Assembly: GCA_902785935.1 (NCBI GenBank)
Contig: CADAAN010000005.1
Location: 1-60,396 of the forward strand
Direction of reading: 5' to 3'
From: an uncultured Pseudomonadota bacterium
Lineage (GTDB): Bacteria; Pseudomonadota; Alphaproteobacteria; RF32; CAG-239
DNA length: 60,396 nucleotides
Made by a program: the position numbers and the translations under genes. Below the pieces are notes generated by a model. That model saw nothing but the letters and a program-made list of their open reading frames with translations. It ran no database searches and was not told the DNA's origin. Shown piece after piece: positions 30,426-38,963 of the stretch; positions within the stretch are counted from its first letter, which is position 1, and each line of letters opens with the position of its first letter.

Positions 30426-31601
30426 TTATTTTTCTTTTTCCTTTTTGCTGATGACGATTTTTTTCTTGAGCGTGTCATAACAAAGATAAGCCAAACCTTT
30501 TCGAAAAGCCAGTGCCTCTTTGCCGAAAAATTCATAACGCCAGCCCTGCAAAAGCGGATTATCTTTATCGTTTCCGCAGCACAAATCTCTGATGGCATGC
30601 TCATCAGCCACAACACCTTGTGTCACGCCCTCCTGCTCGCATTTTATCTTCAATAGCAACTTCAAAACTTCCATCAAAGCGGCCGCACCGCACGGAATAC
30701 GCACACGTTTTTCCTGATCTTGCTTGCGCAAAGCTTTATCAGCAGGCTGATGGCGTGCAAATTCAATGACATTGAGCATTTCTTCAATTGCTTTTTTGCT
30801 CACCGATTCAACACGCATATTTCGAACTTGCTTCATTTCCTGCGCATTTTTAGGCAATGAAGAAGCAATGCTGACCAAAAGTTCATCTCTGATAATACTG
30901 CGCCTCGGAACATTGTTGGAAATGGCTTTTCTTTCGCGCCATGCCGCAAGTTCTTTTAAAACGACCAAAAAATGTGCATTATGTGTGGAATGTTTAATTT
31001 TTTGCCACGCATTATCCGGATCCGGTTTATAACAGTTTTCATCCAAAAGCGATTGCGTTTCTTCCTTAATCCAATCTTGACGATGATGTTCTTTTAAGTA
31101 ATTATCCAAATATTCATAACAGTTGATTAAAAATGTCACATCACGAAGTGCATAATCAAGCTGTTTTTCATCCAATGGTCTTAAGCTCCAATCCGTCAAG
31201 CGCGAAGACTTGTCAAGTTCTACTTTTGTAATGCTTTGAACAAGCATATCATAACTGATACAAGCCCCGAAACCGCAAACAGATGCCGCAATCTGAGTAT
31301 CAAAAACGGGATACGGTATCTTGCCCGATAAATGATAAAAAATTTCAATATCCTGCCTGCCACTGTGAAAAACTTTTAAAATATCGGGATTTGTTAAAAT
31401 ATCAAAAAACGGTTTTAAGTTCATTTTCAAAGCCAACGGATCAATAATCGCCGCATCATCGCGCCAGCCGACCTGTATCAGACAAAGTTTTGCAAAATAA
31501 GTCTTTTCCCTAACAAATTCCGTATCAACCGTAATAAATTTTTGCTTTGATAATGTGGCACACAACTGCTCAAGCGAAGTGTCATTGTCAACCAATCGCA
31601 T
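30426..31601 (-). CDS. rnd: Ribonuclease D
   Basis: DEDD 3'-5' exonuclease motifs (ITVDTEF, HSGRQDIE, YALRDV) followed by an HRDC-like region. Confidence 0.88.
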   Translation of the reverse strand: MRLVDNDTSLEQLCATLSKQKFITVDTEFVREKTYFAKLCLIQVGWRDDAAIIDPLALKMNLKPFFDILTNPDILKVFHSGRQDIEIFYHLSGKIPYPVFDTQIAASVCGFGACISYDMLVQSITKVELDKSSRLTDWSLRPLDEKQLDYALRDVTFLINCYEYLDNYLKEHHRQDWIKEETQSLLDENCYKPDPDNAWQKIKHSTHNAHFLVVLKELAAWRERKAISNNVPRRSIIRDELLVSIASSLPKNAQEMKQVRNMRVESVSKKAIEEMLNVIEFARHQPADKALRKQDQEKRVRIPCGAAALMEVLKLLLKIKCEQEGVTQGVVADEHAIRDLCCGNDKDNPLLQGWRYEFFGKEALAFRKGLAYLCYDTLKKKIVISKKEKEK

Positions 31602-31615
31602 TATTTTTTCCTTTT

Positions 31616-32875
31616 TTAAGAGTTCATATTATTAAAGAAATCTTTATTGTCTTTTGAAACACGCAATTTATCAAGCAAAAATTCCATACCGTCGGTCATG
31701 CCCATCTGCATCAACACACGGCGCAAAACCCACATCTTTGAAAGTGTCGCTTTATCAACAAGCAATTCTTCTTTTCTTGTTCCCGAACGTGTGATATCAA
31801 TCGTCGGGAAAAGACGCTTGTCAGTTAATTTGCGATCTAAGATAATTTCTGAGTTACCCGTACCTTTGAACTCTTCAAAAATCACTTCATCCATTTTTGA
31901 GCCCGTATCAATCAATGCTGTTGCGATAATGGTGAGCGAACCGCCTTCTTCCACATTACGCGCCGCACCTAAAAGACGCTTCGGACGCTGCAATGCATTG
32001 GCGTCGACACCACCTGTTAAAACTTTACCCGACGAGGGAACAACAGCATTATAGGCACGACCTAAACGTGTGATAGAATCAAGTAAAATGACAACATCTT
32101 TTTTCATTTCAACCAGGCGTTTTGCTTTTTCAATCACCAATTCCGCAACCTGAACATGGCGACTTGCCGGTTCATCAAACGTTGACGAAATAACTTCTCC
32201 TTTAACGGAACGGGTCATATCCGTCACTTCTTCCGGACGCTCATCAATAAGCAAAACCATCAGATATACCTCAGGATGATTTGTCGCAATGGCATGTGCA
32301 ATATTTTGTAACATGACGGTTTTACCTGTACGCGGCGGCGCAACAATCAAGCCGCGTTGACCTTTGCCTTGTGGTGAAATAAGGTCAATCACGCGTGTTG
32401 TATAATCTTTTTCACCGCAAATGATGTCAAAATTCAATTTTTCTTTCGGATAAAGCGGTGTTAAGTTATCAAAATTCACCCGAAGCTTTGATTTCATCGG
32501 ATCTTCAAAATTAACACTGTTAACACTTGTCAAAGCAAAATAACGTTCATTTTCTTTAGGCGCCCTGATTTCACCTTCAACCGTATCACCCGTGCGCAGT
32601 GAATATTTTTTAACCTGCTGAGGAGATACATAAATATCATCGGCACTTGCCAAATAATTTGATTTTGCCGAGCGCAAAAAACCAAACCCGTCAGGCAAAA
32701 CCTCAATCATTCCGTCACCATAGATGACATCATTATTGTCGGCGGTTTTATTCATAATGGCAAAAACCAAATCTTGCACACGCATGGACGAAGCTTCTTC
32801 AACACCCAAATCTTCAGCCCAAGTCAAAAGCTCTTTCGGAGACTTTTCTTTCAGCTCTTTTAAATACATTGTCAA
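31616..32875 (-). CDS. rho: Transcription termination factor Rho
   Basis: Rho N-terminal and CSD-like parts, Walker A PPRTGKT, and [10 protein letters not shown]. Confidence 0.97.
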   Translation of the reverse strand: MTMYLKELKEKSPKELLTWAEDLGVEEASSMRVQDLVFAIMNKTADNNDVIYGDGMIEVLPDGFGFLRSAKSNYLASADDIYVSPQQVKKYSLRTGDTVEGEIRAPKENERYFALTSVNSVNFEDPMKSKLRVNFDNLTPLYPKEKLNFDIICGEKDYTTRVIDLISPQGKGQRGLIVAPPRTGKTVMLQNIAHAIATNHPEVYLMVLLIDERPEEVTDMTRSVKGEVISSTFDEPASRHVQVAELVIEKAKRLVEMKKDVVILLDSITRLGRAYNAVVPSSGKVLTGGVDANALQRPKRLLGAARNVEEGGSLTIIATALIDTGSKMDEVIFEEFKGTGNSEIILDRKLTDKRLFPTIDITRSGTRKEELLVDKATLSKMWVLRRVLMQMGMTDGMEFLLDKLRVSKDNKDFFNNMNS

Positions 32876-33032
32876 CCTTATATTTTGTTTGAAATAAAAA
32901 TCGAGGACTCGATTATGGAGTGATATTTAGCAAACTTTTTTTGTATTGTCAAGAGCTTAAAAATTGATTTTTTTTGAACTGTCCGGAACGCTTTTTTATC
33001 CTTATATCTTATTTCAAATACTTCTCTTATCT

Positions 33033-34085
33033 TTATCGATACCTTATCGAAAAAGTATTTCTCGAACCCGCAACAAAATTAGCCTCTTCAATGGTATAAA
33101 TCCGGCGCACATCGTAATTGCCTTTTAAAAGGTCATTGATGCTTTGATACGTTTTGCCGCCATATTTGAGCATATAATTGCCGTCGCTTGCAACCAAAGC
33201 GTCGCAATCAGCGTCTTGGCAAATCCCGCGGTTGATTAAAGCCTGCTTTTTACAATGGTTTAATGTATCTGCGCAAACATACTGTGCTTTTTCTTCAGCA
33301 CTTGATGCCGTATCGCCTTTTTTCATATCATCGGATGAAAGGTAATAATCATCGCCAATCACATAAACCCCGCCATCAAAGGCATAGCTTTTGACTTCCG
33401 CATCATCGCCGCGATATGCTATCGCCGCCGCGCACTCTGATATGAGCGATTCGGGACAATACAGGTTTGTGAGGTTTTTTAGTTTATAATTCTCATAACC
33501 TTCCAAATCACCAAAAGATTCCAAAGCCACAGTGCTAACAGAAGGCGGAATAACAAAATCTGTCAACGCCGTATCAGCAAATGTCATATACTTAATACTT
33601 GTCACATTTTCCATATTGCCGTTGACTTGAGTTAAAGTTTGTGTCGCAAATGCCCAATCTTCAATTTCTGTCACACTGTCAGGGATAGTAATGCTTGTTA
33701 TTTTACTACGATGAAGTGATTGAACCCCGATTGATAACAGACCTTCCGGCAATGTAATTTCTTTGATAGATGTATTTGCAAAAGCAGCTCGTCCGACTGT
33801 TGTAATTCCACTTTCAACATCAACTTTTGTAATACTGGCATTCCCCCACCAAGGCGCATCTGTCCGATAGCCGACACCGGGTTCGCTCCAACGATAATAA
33901 TCTTTGATTTTAGCCGGTTTTGAGGCGTCAATCGGGGAGATTGTTAAGGTGTATGTTGTGTTGCCGTTGTCATCCGTTCCGTTTTCGACATAAGAATATG
34001 TGCAATTTTCCCCGCACGAGGGTAATTCCTCGGCATTTGCGTTAAAACTTGCTATCAAACCTAAAATCAAAACATATTTTCTCAT
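33033..34085 (-). CDS. Secreted BspA-type LRR protein with C-terminal tag
   Basis: Start at ATG 34085 after AGGAG. Signal peptide MRKYVLILGLIASFNANA. LRR units such as ITTVGRAAFANTSIKEITLPEGLLSIG. Ends RRIYTIEEANFVAGSRNTFSIRYR*. Confidence 0.85.
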   Translation of the reverse strand: MRKYVLILGLIASFNANAEELPSCGENCTYSYVENGTDDNGNTTYTLTISPIDASKPAKIKDYYRWSEPGVGYRTDAPWWGNASITKVDVESGITTVGRAAFANTSIKEITLPEGLLSIGVQSLHRSKITSITIPDSVTEIEDWAFATQTLTQVNGNMENVTSIKYMTFADTALTDFVIPPSVSTVALESFGDLEGYENYKLKNLTNLYCPESLISECAAAIAYRGDDAEVKSYAFDGGVYVIGDDYYLSSDDMKKGDTASSAEEKAQYVCADTLNHCKKQALINRGICQDADCDALVASDGNYMLKYGGKTYQSINDLLKGNYDVRRIYTIEEANFVAGSRNTFSIRYR

Positions 34086-34107
34086 ATTATTTCTCCTGTT
34101 TTTACAT

Positions 34108-34265
34108 AAAAAATCCATCTTGAATAACTCAAAATGGAGGAGCTAAGAAACTGTCATCGTACAGCTTTTCTTATTCGCCGCATAACTGCGCTTATCTCGA
34201 AAACTCCTCTGTAAAGGAGTTGCACGATGAATGTGTTTCTTAAACACCGCAACCATTTTGGTTAC
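34108..34265 (-). promoter_or_regulatory. Divergent two-hairpin/U-run leader (possible 7th family member)
   Basis: TTTACA-17-AATAAT promoter (34272-34300, minus strand). Then GCGG + GUGUUU..AAACAC hairpin, ACUCCU..AGGAGU + UUUU (34198-34220), and CCAUUUUGA..UCAAGAUGG + U6 (34108-34137). The conserved single-stranded blocks of copies A-F are not recognisable. Confidence 0.35.
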
Positions 34266-34332
34266 ATTTTGATTATTGCACATGAAAAAGAAAATGTAAA
34301 GGATTTTTTATCAAAATTTTGTAAGAAAAAAA

Positions 34333-35109
34333 TTATTCATACACTCTGCCGCGTGTAATGACTTTTGTTGTGTATAAAACAAAGCACATCCCAGGCGAAA
34401 AAGCACCGATTTTAATATTTTCATGATATTGATTTTTACGTGTACCTGTTTTTAAGCCGAGTGTCGGGACGTCAACCAAATATCCTTCCATATAAACTTC
34501 ATCACCTTTCTTAAGCGTCATCAAGGCTTTATTGATATTTTCACTTGCCGGTATCGGGTGATAGTTATTAAGTTCATTTTGATTGATATAGCGCTGACAA
34601 GAGCGATATTTTTCTTCGTTTTTAAGCGCTTGTTTGGCTGATAAAAATGATGGCATAAATGATCTTTTATACTTGACCCCCGCACACAATACACGTCCCA
34701 TACGCTCTTCATGCTCAAACAAAAACTTTTGGAAGATACCATCTTCAGCCATACTTCCGATAACTAAAAAAACATCTCGCGGTACAAGTGTCATATAATC
34801 ACCTTGAAATTTTGCACGATAGATTTGCTCAAAGAGCGTGTCATAATTATCCACAATACCGACCCTGCCCGTTACGGCATAAATTGTTTTCGGCTCTAAA
34901 AGATAACTTTTGCCTTTGCGCTTAAAGACAAATGCATCAAGCGAAACATCTTCAAAATAATCGTTTTTTGAAATTTCAAGCACTTCATCCGTTTTTTGCC
35001 CATAGATATAAGGATATATAAGCCTTTTTATCATCGGTTTGAAATATATAAACCCGATAAACAGGACACATACAATATAAAGTGTATATTCTTTGATGAT
35101 ATTTTTCAA
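34333..35109 (-). CDS. Hypothetical membrane-anchored protein (258 aa)
   Basis: Single N-terminal TM segment. No family recognised. Confidence 0.55.
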   Translation of the reverse strand: MKNIIKEYTLYIVCVLFIGFIYFKPMIKRLIYPYIYGQKTDEVLEISKNDYFEDVSLDAFVFKRKGKSYLLEPKTIYAVTGRVGIVDNYDTLFEQIYRAKFQGDYMTLVPRDVFLVIGSMAEDGIFQKFLFEHEERMGRVLCAGVKYKRSFMPSFLSAKQALKNEEKYRSCQRYINQNELNNYHPIPASENINKALMTLKKGDEVYMEGYLVDVPTLGLKTGTRKNQYHENIKIGAFSPGMCFVLYTTKVITRGRVYE

Positions 35110-35112
35110 AGC

Positions 35113-35952
35113 CTAATTCCTTATCATCTGACTTAACCGACTGATACGATCAGCCGTCGAGGGGTGTGTTGAAAAAAGTGACGAAAAATCGGCTTTCAAT
35201 CCCGTAAGCGGATTGATAATAAACATATGCGCCGTCTGATTGGTGGCACGTTTCATTATTGATGTTTTTGCGTATGAATCAAGTTTTTTTAAGGCGGAAA
35301 TCAGTTTTTGAGGCTCTCCCGTAATACGCGCGGAACCGGCATCAGCCTCAAATTCCCGCGTTCTGGAAACGGCAAGCCTGACAACTCCGGCCGCAAGCGG
35401 CATCAATACCATGGCCAAAAGCAAAGAAATTCCCCCTGCCCCTTGGTTTTTCGCACGCATGCGCGACGGATTTTGATAACGCGCCATGTTGGCAAGCATG
35501 GAAATAGCGCCTGCAAAAACCATTGCAATTGATGAAGTTAAAATATCATAGTGCTTGATATGGCTGAGTTCATGAGCCAAAACACCTTCAATTTCATCAT
35601 CATTCATCAAATCAAGTAAACCCTGTGTCACGGCAACGGCTGCATGTGTCGGATTGCGCCCCGTAGCAAAGGCATTGGGCACATTTTCGGGGATGGTATA
35701 AACTTTGGGCATCGGCAATCCGGCCTTCATTGCCAAATTTTTAACCATATCAAAGAGTCGACCGCTTTTGACGGGCGTTGCCTGATAATGATTCAAAACC
35801 ATTTTGTCGCTGAAAAAATAGCTAAAAAAGTTCATCACGACAGCCATCCAAAATGCCGCAATCATTCCGCCGCGACCGGCAATCAAATTTCCGCAAAACA
35901 TAAAAATTAACGCTAAAACAAGCATTAAAAAGAATGTCTTCATATTTCCCAT
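35113..35952 (-). CDS. htpX: Zinc metalloprotease HtpX
   Basis: HELSHIKHYD (HExxH) and four TM segments. The start is taken at ATG 35952, after AAAGG. Confidence 0.9.
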   Translation of the reverse strand: MGNMKTFFLMLVLALIFMFCGNLIAGRGGMIAAFWMAVVMNFFSYFFSDKMVLNHYQATPVKSGRLFDMVKNLAMKAGLPMPKVYTIPENVPNAFATGRNPTHAAVAVTQGLLDLMNDDEIEGVLAHELSHIKHYDILTSSIAMVFAGAISMLANMARYQNPSRMRAKNQGAGGISLLLAMVLMPLAAGVVRLAVSRTREFEADAGSARITGEPQKLISALKKLDSYAKTSIMKRATNQTAHMFIINPLTGLKADFSSLFSTHPSTADRISRLSQMIRN

Positions 35953-35956
35953 GATA

Positions 35957-36727
35957 TTACCTTTCAAAAATTGACAACATTTTATCAAAAAGTGCCTGAC
36001 GCGTTTGCTCATTTTGTTGCAACGTCAGAGCCACTTGGCTGGCCTCATCAAAATCAAGGCGCATTTTATGAAGTGTTTTAAGCAAATCCTGCCCTCTGTC
36101 TTCAAAATGCACACCTGATAACACGACTTTGCCTTGACCATATTTTGCAAAAACAACAGCAGGAGGTTGTCCTTCAACATCGCAATAACGTGCTAAAACC
36201 GTCAGATGATTTTCATTGCCGACAAATTTCGGCCCGCCGTGGTAATGCGCATAATGTATTTCATCATCAACCCATTTCAAACGCACAGCCGCAGCAGCCG
36301 CCTCGTTTTTCATATAAGGACGAATATGAAGTTCACGATGCAGTGTCCCGATGGCAGAAGCATCAACAAGCCCGAGCAGTTCTTCATTTCTTTTAATTGC
36401 AAGTTCTTTAATATCCGCTTCAAACAAAACTTTACTGCACGCAAAATACGCCCCTGCGCATACGCCAAGATAATTTCCGCCGTTTTTGACATAATCTTTG
36501 ATTTTATCATTGCCGTAAGTCTTTAGCTTTTGCAAAAAAGGCGTTGCAGCTCCCCCGGGCATTACAAAAAGCTTGACATCATCATTTAAGGCATTTTCTT
36601 TAATAATGCTTGCTGCATCAGTATAATCAACAAGCACATTTTTCGGCTCAAAATATTGTTTTAAGCCGTTATAAAGACCGTTTAAGTCACCCACGCCGTA
36701 ATCGCGGTATATTAAAACTTGTGCCAT
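35957..36727 (-). CDS. BPL_N-like (class I glutamine amidotransferase-like fold) protein
   Basis: VLIYRDYG...LFVMPGGAATPF...GGNYLGVCAGAYFAC pattern, as in biotin-protein-ligase N-terminal domains. Confidence 0.5.
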   Translation of the reverse strand: MAQVLIYRDYGVGDLNGLYNGLKQYFEPKNVLVDYTDAASIIKENALNDDVKLFVMPGGAATPFLQKLKTYGNDKIKDYVKNGGNYLGVCAGAYFACSKVLFEADIKELAIKRNEELLGLVDASAIGTLHRELHIRPYMKNEAAAAAVRLKWVDDEIHYAHYHGGPKFVGNENHLTVLARYCDVEGQPPAVVFAKYGQGKVVLSGVHFEDRGQDLLKTLHKMRLDFDEASQVALTLQQNEQTRQALFDKMLSIFER

Positions 36728-36939
36728 TTTAATTTGCCGAATATTTATTTTGCTTTATATTGAAGCCAAAAGCATCATTTGTAAACAATTTTTTGCCCAA
36801 AATGCCCAAATAAAAAAATATCGGCACAAACAGCAAAAAAACAGCTTGCAATTTGTTTGATTAAATATGGATTGAATTTAAGATTTTTGTTTATAAAAAA
36901 TAAAATCCGTGATATATTTACCTTAAAAGGTAAAATGCT

Positions 36940-37944
36940 ATGTATAATTTAGCCGAAGAACAGGAAATTGCACGGGCGGTGGCTTTGAAAGTCAATGCCG
37001 ATTTTGTTGATACAGGATTAAATCGCGGCGAATCCTTTTTTGAAGCACAAAAGGCATATAACACCACGTTAAAACAACGTGCCACACGTTTTTTGAAAGA
37101 TTTAGATAAAAAAATCGATTCGCTTTCAAATCAGGAAATCGCGGATTTGCTTCGGGTTTTGATTGCCGGCGGGCTTTCGATTGAATCCGATGAAGAGCTC
37201 GAATATTACATTTCTCTTTTGGAACGCATCGCCTTGCAACGTGTGGCACGAGCGATGGAGCAATTTGCAAACGATTCAAATCCGCAAATTGGCGATTTGA
37301 AAGGATTGATGGAATTAATTGATGTCTTAAAAATGGCGCATATTCGAAAGCAGCCGAAAGACAGAAATTCGCCCGAATTTTTGAAATGGCAAGAGATGAT
37401 GAAAAACTTTAACAGTGCCAAAAAAATTGTTCAGCAAAATTCAGGGGCAAGTCGCAGGCAACAAAGAAGCGGACGGCAAGGCGGCGATGGTTCTAAAGAG
37501 GAAAATTCTTCAAATGACAAATCGCGCGATGAGCTTATCGGTAAGATGGTTTCAGCAGGCGTACCGCCTTACGGACCTTATTGGAATGACGTTTTGGCAG
37601 GTTTTGAAGGTGCGGCTGATAAGGCCGACTTTGTGGCAACGTGGGCAGTTGATGAACAAAGGCGAGATGAAGAGAAAAAAGAACAAAATCAAAATGAACA
37701 TCCCGCACCCGAAAAAGAAAAAGAGCCGAAAGAAAAGCCCGAAAAAAGCGACCAAGAAAAAATAGATGAGCTCAGAATGGGCAAGCAACAACAAAATGAA
37801 GAAAAAATCAATCAAGAATTTCAAAATGCGGGAAATGCCAAAGCAGCGATGGAGGCCGGAAACAAAAAAATCGAAAAAACAGGTCAAGAGCTCACGGATA
37901 AAGACATCAAAATGATTAAAACACAAATAATTGCGGGGAGATAA
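36940..37944 (+). CDS. Hypothetical protein with a Lys/Glu-rich low-complexity C-terminal half (334 aa)
   Basis: ORF ends 1 nt before the start of 37946..38464. Confidence 0.6.
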   Translation: MYNLAEEQEIARAVALKVNADFVDTGLNRGESFFEAQKAYNTTLKQRATRFLKDLDKKIDSLSNQEIADLLRVLIAGGLSIESDEELEYYISLLERIALQRVARAMEQFANDSNPQIGDLKGLMELIDVLKMAHIRKQPKDRNSPEFLKWQEMMKNFNSAKKIVQQNSGASRRQQRSGRQGGDGSKEENSSNDKSRDELIGKMVSAGVPPYGPYWNDVLAGFEGAADKADFVATWAVDEQRRDEEKKEQNQNEHPAPEKEKEPKEKPEKSDQEKIDELRMGKQQQNEEKINQEFQNAGNAKAAMEAGNKKIEKTGQELTDKDIKMIKTQIIAGR

Positions 37945-37945
37945 A

Positions 37946-38464
37946 ATGAGGCTTTATCACTATGCACCGAAAAACAACACCTGCCTAAAAGACGGGATTT
38001 TATGTGCGCTTAAATCATCGCAAAATTTAAAACACTACGTCGCCAGAGCCGGCTCGGAAGATACAAAAGAAATCGAAAAATGGATGGAAAGCACTTTTGA
38101 AGGACGTTCTCGCTCAATATCCGTTTTAACGGAACCCGTTAGGTGGCAAGGGAATGATCCGGGACTAAAAACCTTTGCTGAAGAGCATAATTTGTTTTCA
38201 TTTGAGCTTGATGATTTGTTAAAAGATGGTGTTGTAGAGGCTGTTTGGTGTAAAGATGGTTCAGATGCTCAAGGAAAAAATGAAAAATTCTTCAAAGTTT
38301 TGCCCGAAGAAATTGATTATTCACCATTGTCGTGGCATAAAGTCTGCTTTGAAAAGGGTTTATTTTTCGCTGTCATCAGACATTATTTGCTTGTCTTAAA
38401 AAACGGGGTCATTGAGCCGAAATATTTAAAAAAGATACAAAAAAAACAAAAAAACTATGACTAA
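37946..38464 (+). CDS. Uncharacterised protein, LYHY/FEGRSR/TEP/KYLKKI family, paralog 2
   Basis: ATG 37946 after GGGAG. 172 aa, collinear with 20819..21340. Confidence 0.7.
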   Translation: MRLYHYAPKNNTCLKDGILCALKSSQNLKHYVARAGSEDTKEIEKWMESTFEGRSRSISVLTEPVRWQGNDPGLKTFAEEHNLFSFELDDLLKDGVVEAVWCKDGSDAQGKNEKFFKVLPEEIDYSPLSWHKVCFEKGLFFAVIRHYLLVLKNGVIEPKYLKKIQKKQKNYD

Positions 38465-38482
38465 AGTTATAGATTTTTTTAA

Positions 38483-38511
38483 TTGACTATTAACAAATTG
38501 TGTGGTTTAAT
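38483..38511 (+). promoter_or_regulatory. Putative sigma70 promoter of leader copy C
   Basis: TTGACT (38483-38488), 17-nt spacer, TTTAAT (38506-38511). Confidence 0.55.
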
Positions 38512-38517
38512 GAAAAT

Positions 38518-38772
38518 CGGATGGGAAAAGGAATTTTTCTATCAAGTGCCTGAGACGGGCGCGGAGCTTTCCAAAGCTCATTGACCTTAGACAGTGAGGA
38601 TAACACTGTATTGATGTGGTGTTATTTTTTGTTTTAAATAACACATTATCCCCGAAAAATGATCGGGGAGCCGGTAGCGGATGTTCAGGATTTTTAATCT
38701 AAAGGTTATCGGAGTCATCTTCTAAGGTATGATTTTGGAACTCTCCGACCGCTCTTTTAGGGGCGGTTTTTT
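38518..38772 (+). promoter_or_regulatory. Structured two-terminator 5' leader RNA, family copy C
   Basis: GUGCC..GGGCGC hairpin, GAGCUUU/AAAGCUC hairpin, terminator 1 AUAACAC/GUGUUAU + U6 (38600-38630), AUCCCCGA/UCGGGGAG hairpin, CCGGUA...UAUCGG helix enclosing GGAUGUUCA..CUAAAG, AGUCAUC, AUGAUU, and terminator 2 ACCGC/GCGGU + U6 (38748-38772). Confidence 0.8.
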
Positions 38773-38809
38773 GGTATTGTCATCGCGTCACGATACCATA
38801 AGAAGAACA

Positions 38810-38963
38810 ACAACTATTTTTTGTAAAGGAATTAAAAAAATGAAAAACAATGAAAACGGCCGTTCAATGGTTGAAATGCTCGGTGTACAACTATTTTTTG
38901 TAAAGGAATTAAAAAAATGAAAAACAATGAAAACGGCCGTTCAATGGTTGAAATGCTCGGTGT
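38810..38963 (+). repeat. Perfect 77-bp tandem duplication covering the RBS and first 16 codons of the pilin-like gene
   Basis: 38810-38886 equals 38887-38963: acaactattttttgtaaaggaattaaaaaaatgaaaaacaatgaaaacggccgttcaatggttgaaatgctcggtgt. Confidence 0.95.

Noticed and set aside
38672-38686. Copy C contains CCGGTAGCGGATG, resembling the RfaH ops/JUMPStart core GGCGGTAGCGTG
   Set aside because: Only copy C matches well (CGGTAGCG). In the other copies these nucleotides differ and instead covary with a downstream strand as an RNA helix. NusG-paralog-dependent antitermination remains a hypothesis for the leader but is not supported by a conserved ops site.
38518-38772. The leader could be a known riboswitch (c-di-GMP-I/II, T-box, ykkC, glycine and others), given that c-di-GMP riboswitches control pilin and adhesin genes in some bacteria
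   Set aside because: I could not find the conserved cores as I remember them (for example GCAAA...GACGCAAAGC of GEMM-I, or the T-box GGGUGGUACCGCG). This is a recall-based exclusion and needs cmscan to confirm.
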